From: an uncultured Bacteroidales bacterium
Lineage (GTDB): Bacteria; Bacteroidota; Bacteroidia; Bacteroidales; UBA932
Direction: 5' to 3'
DNA: 64,000 nucleotides
Assembly (NCBI GenBank): GCA_947168065.1
Contig: CAMVKH010000007.1
Span: 5,202 to 69,201 of the forward strand
The first letter of the stretch is position 1; each line of letters begins with the position of its first letter. The notes below the pieces were generated by a model that had not been told where the DNA came from, ran no database searches, and was given only the letters and a program-made list of their open reading frames with translations. Made by a program: the position numbers and the translations under genes. Positions 25,929 through 35,333 of this stretch are shown one piece after another.

Positions 25929-28091
25929 TTAGATAATACTCACTTTAATCGTAACGTCCATCCTGATCTGTGTGGCAGTAAACTCTCTGTACACATAGGA
26001 AGGGTTGGGCGAAACCGTGAACTTGATCATCTGAGCATTGGACGCACCAGGAACGATTTTTCCACTTAGCTCCAGATTGAGAATCCGGCTGTTCTGCCTG
26101 AATACCGGCTCAAAAACAAAATCGCTGTCCCAATTCACGGAATAGATATCGAACGACTGGATGCGCATTCCGTCTTTGATCAGGGAGGCATCGTAGCCCG
26201 CACGCTTGAACGCCTCCGTCATGTCAACGCTGACAATCGGGTTCTCCATATTCAGGTCGCTCATATTGACCGTAACATTTTCCACCAGGCTGATCGTATT
26301 GAACCAGGCCATGGAGAGCTGATAGCTGGCCGTGGCGCCCCAGCGATCCGTCAGGGTCACTGTACCTTTTACGTCTTGATGGGCAGTCCCGGTCTGATCC
26401 TCGAAAGCGCGCCAGATATCGTTTCCGGTGGTATCCGGATAGAAACGCACATAATGCCGATCCGTATCCAGTATGGCATGCAAAGGCGGATAGCCCGCAT
26501 CGGGTGTGAACACGGCATCCTTCAGGAAGCCTGCACTGTATCGGCGGGAAGTCTTCTTTTCCTTGTCTATAAAATCTACGCCATCCAATGCGAAATAGAC
26601 GACACCGAGCGTATCAAGCACATAGCTGTTCCCAGCCTCATTCTTTCCGGAAATCTGCGACTGGAACGTGGCGTTCGGGTAATACCAGGGGTTGAGCCCC
26701 TCAGCCGGTTGCGGCAACATGACCACCGGATAAGCCGCCGTGCTGATGTACTGGAGCTGGCCTGCATGGTCCTTATATGCGCCCACGAAGGCGATGAGCG
26801 ATTCGTCCCAGACCGCCTCATTGGCGGCAGCGGCCACACCCAGGACATACTGACCGTCAAGCACGGTGCCGGCAGCATTCTTGTCCGCCGCCATCGAAGA
26901 GATGCTCAGATGCTCGGAAGCTTTGACATACGAGGCTTTCGTGCCGGGTTCCTTGCGCAGGAAAGAGTCGGATCTGATACAGTCGAGCAGTATCATGTCT
27001 TTCGTGAACTTGACACCGGAGGGATTGACCCTGAACCGCATCTCACGGGTCGTGCCTTTGGTAATGGTGTCGGCAGGCGATTCCAACAAAACAAGGCCAT
27101 AGGGTATACTGCTGACCCTGAGCCCGTTGACAATGGTTTCCAACGAACGGATACGGGACTCCAGTCCCGATACCTTCGATTGCAGGTCGGAAATATCGCT
27201 GCTCACGCGTGCTTCTACCTCTTCGATTGCACTGGCGATCTGGCTGGAGATGACGCCTTCGTTGTCCGCGATCGCCTCGGCCACCGCTTTCTTGTAAGCA
27301 GCGGTCAGATCCGCTTTCACCTGGTCAACCTTGCCGGAAAGATTGTCGAGATCCTTCTTGATCGCATCCTGCCCCGCTTCTGCCGAAGCAGACAAGGCGG
27401 CGAGCTTGGCATCGATGGCGGCTATGTCATAATAGCCGGCCAGCGCTTCGTTGACCCATTTCTTCATGGAAGCTTCCGTCTTGCCGATCTTGTCGGTAAG
27501 ATTGTCGCTGACGGTCTTCAGGTCGTCGACAAACGCTTGCTGCAGGGAATCCAGCGAAGCGTCCACCCCGTCGATCCGGGAACCCAGTGCACGTTCCACA
27601 CCCGCCATTCCTTCCCGGATGGCAGCGATATCCGTCGTCATCGACTGGTAGTTCTCCAGCGTACAGAACGTAGCGTTGATCCATTCCCGCTCTTTCGAGA
27701 GCCGTTCGTCAACGGAACCGTCAAGTGCCGCCACCACATCCTCCAGCGATTCCGCATAGGACTTCAGGTCCGCAATCGATTCTTCAAGCGCCCCGTCCTG
27801 TGCCTTCAGCCCGTTGATGGCCTCGCGCAAAACAGGGATTTCACCTGCCCGCGTTTCCAGATCGGTCGCCCTGTCGCTGAGCGCATCCAGATAGCCTTTT
27901 AAGGATGTGTCCATCCCATTGAGGTCTCCGATGGACTTATTGATCGACGCAATCTGCTGTTCGATGGAAGCGATCGTGGTCCCTTCCAGATTGGCGATCC
28001 TGTTTTTCAGTTCTTCGATTTCAGCATTGATCTTCCCGCATCCTGCAAGGAGCAGCGGGAAGGCCATCAACATAATTAGGACTTTTTTCAT
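25929..28091 (-). CDS. Lipoprotein with a ~330-aa N-terminal coiled-coil region and a C-terminal domain of unknown function
   Basis: Lipobox MKKVLIMLMAFPLLLAGCG, followed by long heptad-like helical repeats (IEELKNRIANLEG, IASINKSIGDLNG, ...SKVSGLESRIRSLE). I recognise no family for the remaining ~390 aa. Confidence 0.7.
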   Translation of the reverse strand: MKKVLIMLMAFPLLLAGCGKINAEIEELKNRIANLEGTTIASIEQQIASINKSIGDLNGMDTSLKGYLDALSDRATDLETRAGEIPVLREAINGLKAQDGALEESIADLKSYAESLEDVVAALDGSVDERLSKEREWINATFCTLENYQSMTTDIAAIREGMAGVERALGSRIDGVDASLDSLQQAFVDDLKTVSDNLTDKIGKTEASMKKWVNEALAGYYDIAAIDAKLAALSASAEAGQDAIKKDLDNLSGKVDQVKADLTAAYKKAVAEAIADNEGVISSQIASAIEEVEARVSSDISDLQSKVSGLESRIRSLETIVNGLRVSSIPYGLVLLESPADTITKGTTREMRFRVNPSGVKFTKDMILLDCIRSDSFLRKEPGTKASYVKASEHLSISSMAADKNAAGTVLDGQYVLGVAAAANEAVWDESLIAFVGAYKDHAGQLQYISTAAYPVVMLPQPAEGLNPWYYPNATFQSQISGKNEAGNSYVLDTLGVVYFALDGVDFIDKEKKTSRRYSAGFLKDAVFTPDAGYPPLHAILDTDRHYVRFYPDTTGNDIWRAFEDQTGTAHQDVKGTVTLTDRWGATASYQLSMAWFNTISLVENVTVNMSDLNMENPIVSVDMTEAFKRAGYDASLIKDGMRIQSFDIYSVNWDSDFVFEPVFRQNSRILNLELSGKIVPGASNAQMIKFTVSPNPSYVYREFTATQIRMDVTIKVSII

Positions 28092-28114
28092 GAACGAATC
28101 GGTTAAAAATTTCG

Positions 28115-28122
28115 CAAAACTA
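28115..28122 (-). promoter_or_regulatory. -7 box (TAGTTTTG on the reverse strand) for the coiled-coil lipoprotein gene
   Basis: Plus strand reads CAAAACTA, 24 nt upstream of ATG 28091. Confidence 0.4.
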
Positions 28123-28175
28123 CTAAAATTGCGATAAAAACAAACAACGAGACATTTGTTGTCGACAGAATTGCG

Positions 28176-29792
28176 TTACCGCCCGTTCGAGAGAAAGGCG
28201 GCCTGGACGGGTGCGATGCGGCGATAACCCTCCTCGTTCATGTGGAGGAGGTCGTCCTTGTAGTGGTTGTCCACATTGAATTCGTTGATTCCCTGGAGAT
28301 TGAATTGGTCCAAAACGGGGATGCCGTAATAGGCGCAACAGGCTTTCTGAGCCTCAACATAGTCGGCAAAAGTCTTTCCTGTCTTGTTGGGGGTCAGGGA
28401 GTAGGGATTGTGGCCGGCATCCGTGCCGAAGAAACGCAATGACGTAAAGAAATAGATCTCGGCCCGGGGGTTCTTTTCGAGCAAGCGGCGGATGCAATAG
28501 TTGATGCCGCCACATTGGGTATGCAGCTTGGACACATCGTAGCCGTCTGCCGCCGTATAATCCGACCAGGAGCCGCACGGGCGGTCGTTGGTATAATCAT
28601 TGGTTGAAGCCCAGAGCACATAGACATCATAAATGCCGGCCGTATCCACCTGCTTCTGAAGCGAATAGCCCTGGTCGATGGAGAAGCCGGCCCCGCCGAC
28701 ACCATAGGTCACCACCTCAGCGCCCAGCTGGTCCGCCCATAGCTGCTTGGCGACGTCCGACTCCGGATTCACCGAAAGCGAGCCGCCGAAAACCGCAATG
28801 CGCTTTCCATAGTTTTTGCTCCCCACGTACGGGCTGTTCTTCGCCCTTTTGGTGTCGGGCCGAAGCGTATGCGCCGTGGGATCCGACCTGAGCGAAGCGA
28901 GATAGGCTTGGATTCGCTTGGACCGCATCTGCCTGGTGAGGAAGTCGATGACATAGGTATGATACGCTTCTCGGTGCTCCGGCTTCCGGAAACCGTGGCC
29001 GGCGCCGAAGATCAGGTGAAACTCACAGTTATTATAGATATTGGATGCCTTGGCCGAATACTCCGGCTTGACAAGACCGTCCTCCGTACCGTGGATGATC
29101 AGTACATCGCCCTGATAGCCGGCGATCTCCTTGTAGATGTCGAAGCCATCATAAAAGCGCTCATAATACGCCCGGCCGATCCGCATCCCCATGAAAGTGA
29201 TGGTATCCGGAACATTCTCGCGCTTTGGGTAAAGCGCGAATCCGTCGTCCGGAATGCACAGGGCCGGATACACAAGCACTATGGATTTGATCTTTTCCGA
29301 GACATACGGGGCCGTAATGGCTGAAACACAGCCGCCTTGGCTCTCGCCCAACAGGAAGATGCTCTCCGCATCCACGCAGTCCCAGCCCCGGACCATGTCG
29401 ATGACATCCATCAAATTCTGCCGCTCCGTAAAAATCGACATATCCTCCGTGCGGCCTTCACTGCGGCTACGGGGAGAGCCGCCGGCAAAGTCATAGCAAT
29501 AACACACGTAGCCCAACTTGGCCAACGTATCGACCATACCATAAAAACCCTCGTGCGTGGCACCATAGCCGTGCGACATAATCACAGCCGGATGCTTCCC
29601 GGGCGAACGCGGAATGAAGGCCTCGCCATACAGACGGTTCCCCTCGCTGACACAAGAGATTTCCCGCATTTCATAAGCAGGGTCCGCCGGTGCCTGCCGC
29701 TGCCTGCCCGGCCCCTGTGCGGACACGTTCAGCGTCCCAAACGCCACCGCCAAAACCAGAAAAAGATGACGGTAATAACAAGTAATACGCAT
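28176..29792 (-). CDS. Secreted two-domain esterase: alpha/beta-hydrolase fused to an SGNH/GDSL-like hydrolase
   Basis: Signal peptide present. The N-domain has GESQGG (nucleophile elbow), HGTEDG and GAGHGF. The C-domain has FGGSLS (block I), WASTNDY (block III) and DLLHMNEEGY (block V DxxH). Confidence 0.75.
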   Translation of the reverse strand: MRITCYYRHLFLVLAVAFGTLNVSAQGPGRQRQAPADPAYEMREISCVSEGNRLYGEAFIPRSPGKHPAVIMSHGYGATHEGFYGMVDTLAKLGYVCYCYDFAGGSPRSRSEGRTEDMSIFTERQNLMDVIDMVRGWDCVDAESIFLLGESQGGCVSAITAPYVSEKIKSIVLVYPALCIPDDGFALYPKRENVPDTITFMGMRIGRAYYERFYDGFDIYKEIAGYQGDVLIIHGTEDGLVKPEYSAKASNIYNNCEFHLIFGAGHGFRKPEHREAYHTYVIDFLTRQMRSKRIQAYLASLRSDPTAHTLRPDTKRAKNSPYVGSKNYGKRIAVFGGSLSVNPESDVAKQLWADQLGAEVVTYGVGGAGFSIDQGYSLQKQVDTAGIYDVYVLWASTNDYTNDRPCGSWSDYTAADGYDVSKLHTQCGGINYCIRRLLEKNPRAEIYFFTSLRFFGTDAGHNPYSLTPNKTGKTFADYVEAQKACCAYYGIPVLDQFNLQGINEFNVDNHYKDDLLHMNEEGYRRIAPVQAAFLSNGR

Positions 29793-29865
29793 AGGAATAT
29801 CGATTCTTTCCCGTAAAATTCGCTTAAATTTGACAGATAAGCAAAATCATTCCTCCTAAATCGAC

Positions 29866-29901
29866 ATTCCACCCTCCTACAGGTTTGTAGGAGGGTGGAA
29901 T
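29866..29901. repeat. Perfect 16-bp-stem inverted repeat (ATTCCACCCTCCTACA-GGTT-TGTAGGAGGGTGGAAT)
   Basis: Read directly. It sits between the gene fragment below and the esterase start. No adjacent T-run, so a terminator role is uncertain. Confidence 0.8.
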
Positions 29902-29923
29902 GCTAGCGTATTCAAGTAATTGA

Positions 29924-30241
29924 TTACTTTGGTTTAACCAATCGTACAGTGTACCTGAAATTAGAAGTCGACGATTGTGGTACGACTTCAAAAGAATTGA
30001 CCCATCTGAAGCGATATCCCATTATTTCATACGGTGACGTCGAAGTAATCGACGACTTTGACCAATAACCTGCTTGCATACCTGTAAGGTGTGATCCATT
30101 ATCATTATTGTATCCACCTGCATCCGGCAAGAAGATCGAATTATGATTTGTCTTGGACGTTAATCGGAACCCGGATACCCCATATCCTGATCTACCCGTT
30201 GAAGACAATTTCACAACTTGCCGCGAGGCATTTATCTTCCA
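29924..30241 (-). pseudogene. C-terminal fragment of a FISUMP/DUF1566-like surface protein gene (low-G+C remnant)
   Basis: The tail ...IFLPDAGGYNNDNGSHLTGMQAGYWSKSS...FRYTVRLVKPK resembles the (F)LPAAGyr..G....G..GyYWSs......SVRcVk ending of that family. There is no credible N-terminus or start. One sampled 60-nt line is ~38% G+C against ~63% in core genes. Boundaries are approximate. Confidence 0.3.
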
Positions 30242-30284
30242 TTCGGAGCCACTGCCAAAGGCCGCTCTCCCCTGGTGGGCATGG

Positions 30285-30635
30285 ATGACCGGAGTACTGC
30301 TTCTGGGCGGACTCACGTGCGGAACCGTTGTCACGGTCAAGCGCAAGGACCTGCGGATTGCCGATGTGGCTTCAGCCTTGGCCACCAACAAGACTTACGT
30401 GAGCACGATAATCAACAATATCTCCGGAATGGGATTTTCAAAGCTCATCAACGGGCACCGTGTCCGGCATGCCCAAGCCATGATGCGTGAGCACCCGGAG
30501 ATGCCCCTCGCTGACGTGGCCGACGCGTCGGGATTCTCCTCCATGACCACCTTCCGCCGCAATTTCAAAGCCGTCACCGGAATGAATCCGGCAGAGTGGA
30601 AAGCCATAGACTCCGATACCGGAAAGATCCCTTGA
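30285..30635 (+). CDS. AraC-family HTH domain protein, apparently 5'-truncated (one TM helix plus HTH only)
   Basis: MTGVLLLGGLTCGTVVTV (TM helix), then IADVASALATNKTYVSTIINN...ADASGFSSMTTFRRNFKAVTGMNPAEWK (two AraC HTH units). Native-like G+C begins abruptly near 30240. Confidence 0.55.
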   Translation: MTGVLLLGGLTCGTVVTVKRKDLRIADVASALATNKTYVSTIINNISGMGFSKLINGHRVRHAQAMMREHPEMPLADVADASGFSSMTTFRRNFKAVTGMNPAEWKAIDSDTGKIP

Positions 30636-30655
30636 TTCACTATGCGTTCATGGAC

Positions 30656-31243
30656 TTATTTCACCGTCTCGGGAATTTTGAAGGTGGAGGCGGGAATTTT
30701 GATGTTCTCCTCGAACAGGGTGACCATCATGTCGTTGTTAGCGCCGAGAGCGCCGCGGGTCTCCATTTTCAGGATGATGCCCTGCCAGATCCACACTTTG
30801 TTGCTAATCGTGCGCAGCAGGGACTTCGTCTTGTAGGAATAGACCGTGCAGGTCCTGCCGAAGACATCTTCGGTGCCGAGTTTCTCGATCTTGTTCGCCT
30901 TCAGGTAGGCCTCGTCCGGATCCAGAAGATTGAGGCCCGGGCCGGACTCGGTCATCTTGGCCTCATCCTTCTTCGCGTCGTCAATCCATGCATTGGTGTA
31001 AACCTTGCCGTCGCGCATCAGGACCTCGGTCTGGTAGTTTCCCATGCCTTCCATCATGATCTGGTCATATTGCTTGCGGGTCTTGCCGTAGTCATCGAAC
31101 CAGACCTCGTTGTATTGCATGCCGCCGCTGGTCCGGGTTTCATATTTCAGGTGTCCGGATTTGATGCCGTATGTGCTGCTTTGGGCGTGGAGTGCCGCCA
31201 TGCCCAGTATCAGGCACGCAGCGGCGAGGAAAAACTTTTTCAT
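30656..31243 (-). CDS. Secreted hypothetical protein (paralog of 61421..61999)
   Basis: Signal peptide MKKFFLAAACLILGMAALHAQ. Shares several blocks with the 192-aa ORF at 61421 (see findings). Confidence 0.7.
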   Translation of the reverse strand: MKKFFLAAACLILGMAALHAQSSTYGIKSGHLKYETRTSGGMQYNEVWFDDYGKTRKQYDQIMMEGMGNYQTEVLMRDGKVYTNAWIDDAKKDEAKMTESGPGLNLLDPDEAYLKANKIEKLGTEDVFGRTCTVYSYKTKSLLRTISNKVWIWQGIILKMETRGALGANNDMMVTLFEENIKIPASTFKIPETVK

Positions 31244-31407
31244 GTGTGTTATTGTTTGTTATGGCGAAGATAATGATAAAACAAGACACTTGCAAATGCC
31301 GGTACGACCGATATGGCCCCGGAGCCCGGGAAAGCGCTCGGAGCGTGCATAAGGGTCTTGAGACAGGGACAATATGTACGCGAAATGGATATTTGCGGAA
31401 AAATGCT

Positions 31408-31415
31408 TATCTTTG
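31408..31415 (+). promoter_or_regulatory. -7 box TATCTTTG
   Basis: 26 nt upstream of ATG 31441. Confidence 0.45.
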
Positions 31416-31440
31416 CGCCGAAGTAAAATAAAGAAAGACA

Positions 31441-31713
31441 ATGAATCTCCGTGACATCAAGAAGGATATCGAATTCCTGATCGGCGACTTCGTGGAAGAT
31501 TGCCTGCTGTTCGCTATGTTGCACCCTGAAAAAGAGCTCGGACAAGTGGAGACCCTGATCAACGAGGCGAGCGATATGGCTGACGATCTGTTCGACAAAG
31601 TGAACCACCCGGCAGCGGACGTGAAGGCCCGCGCCTATTACAACCGCGTCGGCGCCGAACTGCTCACCGGCCTGGACAAACTCTACGAACGGCTGAGCGC
31701 CCTTGCAAAATAA
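31441..31713 (+). CDS. Hypothetical 90-aa acidic helical protein
   Basis: The ORF has its own -7 box and native codon usage. I recognise no family. Confidence 0.5.
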   Translation: MNLRDIKKDIEFLIGDFVEDCLLFAMLHPEKELGQVETLINEASDMADDLFDKVNHPAADVKARAYYNRVGAELLTGLDKLYERLSALAK

Positions 31714-31750
31714 TTGTGGAATAAAAAGTTGCAGAGTTAAAAAATATCCT

Positions 31751-31758
31751 TACCTTTG
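31751..31758 (+). promoter_or_regulatory. -7 box TACCTTTG for rpsO
   Basis: 25 nt upstream of ATG 31783. It lies inside the track's longer ORF (31756), which supports the shorter start. Confidence 0.5.
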
Positions 31759-31782
31759 CAGCCCTTAACAATTTTTTGCATT

Positions 31783-32058
31783 ATGTCAGAGTATTTGAAC
31801 GCAGACAAGAAGCAAGAGATTTTCGGCAAATACGGAAAGTCTAATGTTGACACCGGCTCGCCTGAGAGTCAGGTTGCTTTGTTTTCCTACCGTATCGCTC
31901 ATCTGACCGAGCACCTGAAGGCCAACAAGAAGGACCACAACACGCAGCGCGCCCTTCTCCGCCTTGTGGGTAAGCGTCGTCAGCTCCTCGATTACCTGAA
32001 AGAGAAGGACATTGAGAGATACCGCGAGATCGTGAAGGCCCTGGGCCTCCGCAAATAA
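31783..32058 (+). CDS. rpsO: 30S ribosomal protein S15
   Basis: [20 protein letters not shown]...[49 protein letters not shown]. 91 aa. Confidence 0.95.
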   Translation: MSEYLNADKKQEIFGKYGKSNVDTGSPESQVALFSYRIAHLTEHLKANKKDHNTQRALLRLVGKRRQLLDYLKEKDIERYREIVKALGLRK

Positions 32059-32075
32059 TCTCCAGGGAAAAGATG

Positions 32076-32104
32076 AAGGCCGCCGTATGCAGCGGCCTTT
32101 TTTG
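32076..32104 (+). terminator. Rho-independent terminator/attenuator after rpsO
   Basis: AAGGCCGC-loop-GCGGCCTT followed by a T-run (TTTTTT). Confidence 0.7.
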
Positions 32105-32129
32105 TATGAAGACACACTAAGGTTACAAT

Positions 32130-34430
32130 ATGAACGTTATCAAGAAAATCATTGAATTGTCCGACGGTCGGACAATCGAAATCGAGACCGGTAAGCTTGC
32201 CAAGCAGGCCGACGGCTCGGCGGTCGTGAAGATGGGCGGCACGATGCTGCTTGCGACCGTAACCGCTGCTACAGAAGTCAAGGAAGGAACGGATTTCCTT
32301 CCGCTCCAGGTTGATTACCGGGAGAAATATTACGCCGCGGGCCGCTTCCCCGGCGGATTCCTCAAGAGAGAGAGCCGTCCCGACGACTATGAGATCCTGA
32401 TCTCCCGTCTGGTGGACCGCCCCATCCGTCCGCTCTGGCCCGACGACTTCCACCTGGAAGTGTTTGTCAACGTGATGCTGATCTCAGCAGAAAAAGATAT
32501 CCAGCCCGACGCCCTGGCGGGCCTGGCCGCATCGGCCGCACTGGCCTCGAGCGACCTGCCGTTCCAGGGTCCTATCTCCGAAGTCCGCGTGGCCCGCATT
32601 GACGGTAAGTTCGTCATCAACCCCGGCTTCAAGGATACGGAGCGCGCCGACCTCGAACTGATGGTCGCCGCCACCGAGGAGAACATCATGATGGTCGAGG
32701 GTGAAATGAAGGAAGTCTCCGAGCACGACATGCTCGAGGCCATCAAGTTCGCCCACGAAGAAATCAAGAAGCACTGCCGCGTGCAGAAGGAACTGATGCA
32801 CGAACTGGGCACCGATGTGAACAAGCGCGACTATCCGCACGACGTCGAGGACGAAGAGCTCAAGAAAGCGGTCCACGAAGCCTGCTACGCCCGCTGCTAC
32901 GAGACCGCCAAGGCTGCGCTGCCCAAGCACGAGCGCGCCGACGCTTTCGAAGCCATCAAGGCCGATTTCCTGGCCACCATCCCGGAAGAGGAACTCGAGG
33001 AGAAGACCCCGCTCGTGGAGCGCTACTACCACGACGTGGAGAAGGAAGCCATGCGCAACCTTGTCCTCGACGAAGGCCGCCGGCTCGACGGCCGCGCCAC
33101 CGACGAGGTACGTCCGATCTGGTGCGAAGTGGACTACCTGCCCTGCGCCCACGGCTCCGCCATCTTCACCCGCGGCGAGACCCAGTCGCTGGCCACAGTG
33201 ACCCTCGGCACCAAGCTCGATATGAAAGAACAGGACGAAGTGCTGATCCAGGACGACCAGCAGTTCGTGCTCCACTACAACTTCCCGCCGTTCGCAACGG
33301 GTGAAGCCAAGCCGCAGCGCGCCACGGGCCGCCGCGAGATCGGCCACGGCAACCTGGCCATGCGCGCCCTCAAGGCCGTCATGCCGCTTGCCCCGGAGAA
33401 TCCCTACGCCGTGCGCGTGGTCTCCGACATCCTCGAGTCGAACGGTTCCTCGTCCATGGCTTCGGTCTGCGGCGGCTGCCTCGCCCTGATGGACGCCGGC
33501 GTGAAGATCCGCAAGCCGGTCGCCGGTGTGGCCATGGGCCTGATCACCGACGCCGAACACCCGAACGACCGCTACGCCATCCTGACCGACATCCTCGGCG
33601 ATGAGGACCACCTCGGCGACATGGACTTCAAGGTCACCGGTACCAAAGACGGCATCACCGCCACCCAGATGGACATCAAGGTCGACGGCCTGAGCTACGA
33701 CGTACTGGAGAAAGCCCTCGAGCAGGCTCGCCAGGGCCGTATGCACATCATGGGCGAAATGCTTAAGGTGATTCCCGAGCCGCGTGCCGACTACAAGCCG
33801 TTCGTGCCGCGCATCGTCCAGATCCGCATCGCCGCCGAATTCATCGGCGCAGTCATCGGCAAGGGCGGTGAGACCATCCAGAAGATCCAGAAGGAGACCG
33901 GCACCGTCATCAACATCGACGAAGAGCCGATCCCGGGTACCAACCTTACCGAAGGTGTGGTGGACATCGCTTCCGACAACGCGGATAACATGCAGAAGGC
34001 CCTCGACTGGATCAAGGGTATCTGCGCCGTCCCCGAAGTCGGCCAGGTCTATCACGGCAAGGTCGTCTCGATTCTCGAGTTCGGCGCCTTCATCGAGATC
34101 ATGCCGGGCAAGGAAGGCCTGCTGCACGTCTCTGAGATCGCCTGGAACAAGACCGAGAAGGTCGAGGACGTCCTGGCCGTCGGCGACGAAGTCGATGTCA
34201 AGCTCCTCGAATACGACCCGAAGGCCGGCAAGATGCGCCTCTCGATGCGCGCGCTGACCGAGAAGCCGGAAGGCTACGTGGAACCGGAACAGCGTCGTCC
34301 GCGCCGTGAAGGCGGCAACGGTCCGCGCCGCGAAGGTGGTAACGGCCCGCGCCGTGACAGCAAGGACGGTGGCAACCGCAGCCCGCGCCGCGACGGCAAC
34401 CGTGGCCCTCGTCGCGACAACAACAAGTAA
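32130..34430 (+). CDS. pnp: Polyribonucleotide nucleotidyltransferase (PNPase) with an Arg/Gly-rich C-terminal tail
   Basis: Two RNase PH domains, a KH domain ([16 protein letters not shown]), an S1 domain ([15 protein letters not shown]), and then a ~55-aa [22 protein letters not shown]... tail. Confidence 0.97.
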   Translation: MNVIKKIIELSDGRTIEIETGKLAKQADGSAVVKMGGTMLLATVTAATEVKEGTDFLPLQVDYREKYYAAGRFPGGFLKRESRPDDYEILISRLVDRPIRPLWPDDFHLEVFVNVMLISAEKDIQPDALAGLAASAALASSDLPFQGPISEVRVARIDGKFVINPGFKDTERADLELMVAATEENIMMVEGEMKEVSEHDMLEAIKFAHEEIKKHCRVQKELMHELGTDVNKRDYPHDVEDEELKKAVHEACYARCYETAKAALPKHERADAFEAIKADFLATIPEEELEEKTPLVERYYHDVEKEAMRNLVLDEGRRLDGRATDEVRPIWCEVDYLPCAHGSAIFTRGETQSLATVTLGTKLDMKEQDEVLIQDDQQFVLHYNFPPFATGEAKPQRATGRREIGHGNLAMRALKAVMPLAPENPYAVRVVSDILESNGSSSMASVCGGCLALMDAGVKIRKPVAGVAMGLITDAEHPNDRYAILTDILGDEDHLGDMDFKVTGTKDGITATQMDIKVDGLSYDVLEKALEQARQGRMHIMGEMLKVIPEPRADYKPFVPRIVQIRIAAEFIGAVIGKGGETIQKIQKETGTVINIDEEPIPGTNLTEGVVDIASDNADNMQKALDWIKGICAVPEVGQVYHGKVVSILEFGAFIEIMPGKEGLLHVSEIAWNKTEKVEDVLAVGDEVDVKLLEYDPKAGKMRLSMRALTEKPEGYVEPEQRRPRREGGNGPRREGGNGPRRDSKDGGNRSPRRDGNRGPRRDNNK

Positions 34431-34433
34431 TTT

Positions 34434-35333
34434 ATGCGTTACGTGATCCGTCTTCTGATCGTTATGTCACTGCTCTCCTTCCTGGGATGCGGGCAAAAGG
34501 ATCCTGCCCCGGGACTGGACCGCGACGTCCATCTGCAGTCGCTCTACTACAGCGCCTCCCACGGCTACCACGCCTACAGCAACATCGGCTATAGGGCTGA
34601 ACGCCTGGAAGACGGCCAGGCCCGCGTTACCGTGTTGGTGGGCAACGACCGCGACCGCGTCTACCTGACAGAAGGGGCGCTGATGGATTCGCTCGAAGCG
34701 CTGGTCCGCGAATATCGGATGGACCGCTTCAAGGGGCATTACGAACCGAAGATGGAGATCCTGGACGGAGATTCCTGGTCGATGGAGCTCGTCTTTACCG
34801 ACGGCAACTCGACTTCCTGCGGCGGATACATGGCCTATCCGCCGAAAGGCGCCGCGGGAATCGGCAAAGCTGAAGGCATCCTCTCCCGCTGGCTCTATCA
34901 AGAGCCGGCGGAAGAGATCGCCCTCGTTTCTTTCCGCTACGAATACCACGATGCGGAAGGTTCGGAAATCTATACCTTCGAACAGAAAGGCGAGGTCAGA
35001 ACGGCTTTCGTCCAGCCTTACGGCCAAGCCAAGGGCCAGCATTATGAAGGGTTTGACGATTTCCTGCCCAAACGGCTCGCCAACGAAATCCGCTGGAACC
35101 ACATGGCTTCCTATACCGGCGAGAGCCTCACGGATGAAGACACTTCCCGCCCCCGTTGGATCCTGAAGGCCGAATACGCGAACGGCCAGAAGATCGAAAC
35201 GATGGATTACCTTGACCGCACGCCGGAAGAGGACTGGCGGCAGGGCGTTCCGTCGGTTTCGGAAATGGACCTCCGCCACTCGACGGAGCATGGCTTCAGT
35301 GAAGCGATCCAACTGCTGGAAAAACGCGACTGA
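34434..35333 (+). CDS. Lipoprotein of unknown function (tandem paralog 1)
   Basis: Lipobox VMSLLSFLGCG. Starts 3 nt after the pnp stop. Confidence 0.75.
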   Translation: MRYVIRLLIVMSLLSFLGCGQKDPAPGLDRDVHLQSLYYSASHGYHAYSNIGYRAERLEDGQARVTVLVGNDRDRVYLTEGALMDSLEALVREYRMDRFKGHYEPKMEILDGDSWSMELVFTDGNSTSCGGYMAYPPKGAAGIGKAEGILSRWLYQEPAEEIALVSFRYEYHDAEGSEIYTFEQKGEVRTAFVQPYGQAKGQHYEGFDDFLPKRLANEIRWNHMASYTGESLTDEDTSRPRWILKAEYANGQKIETMDYLDRTPEEDWRQGVPSVSEMDLRHSTEHGFSEAIQLLEKRD

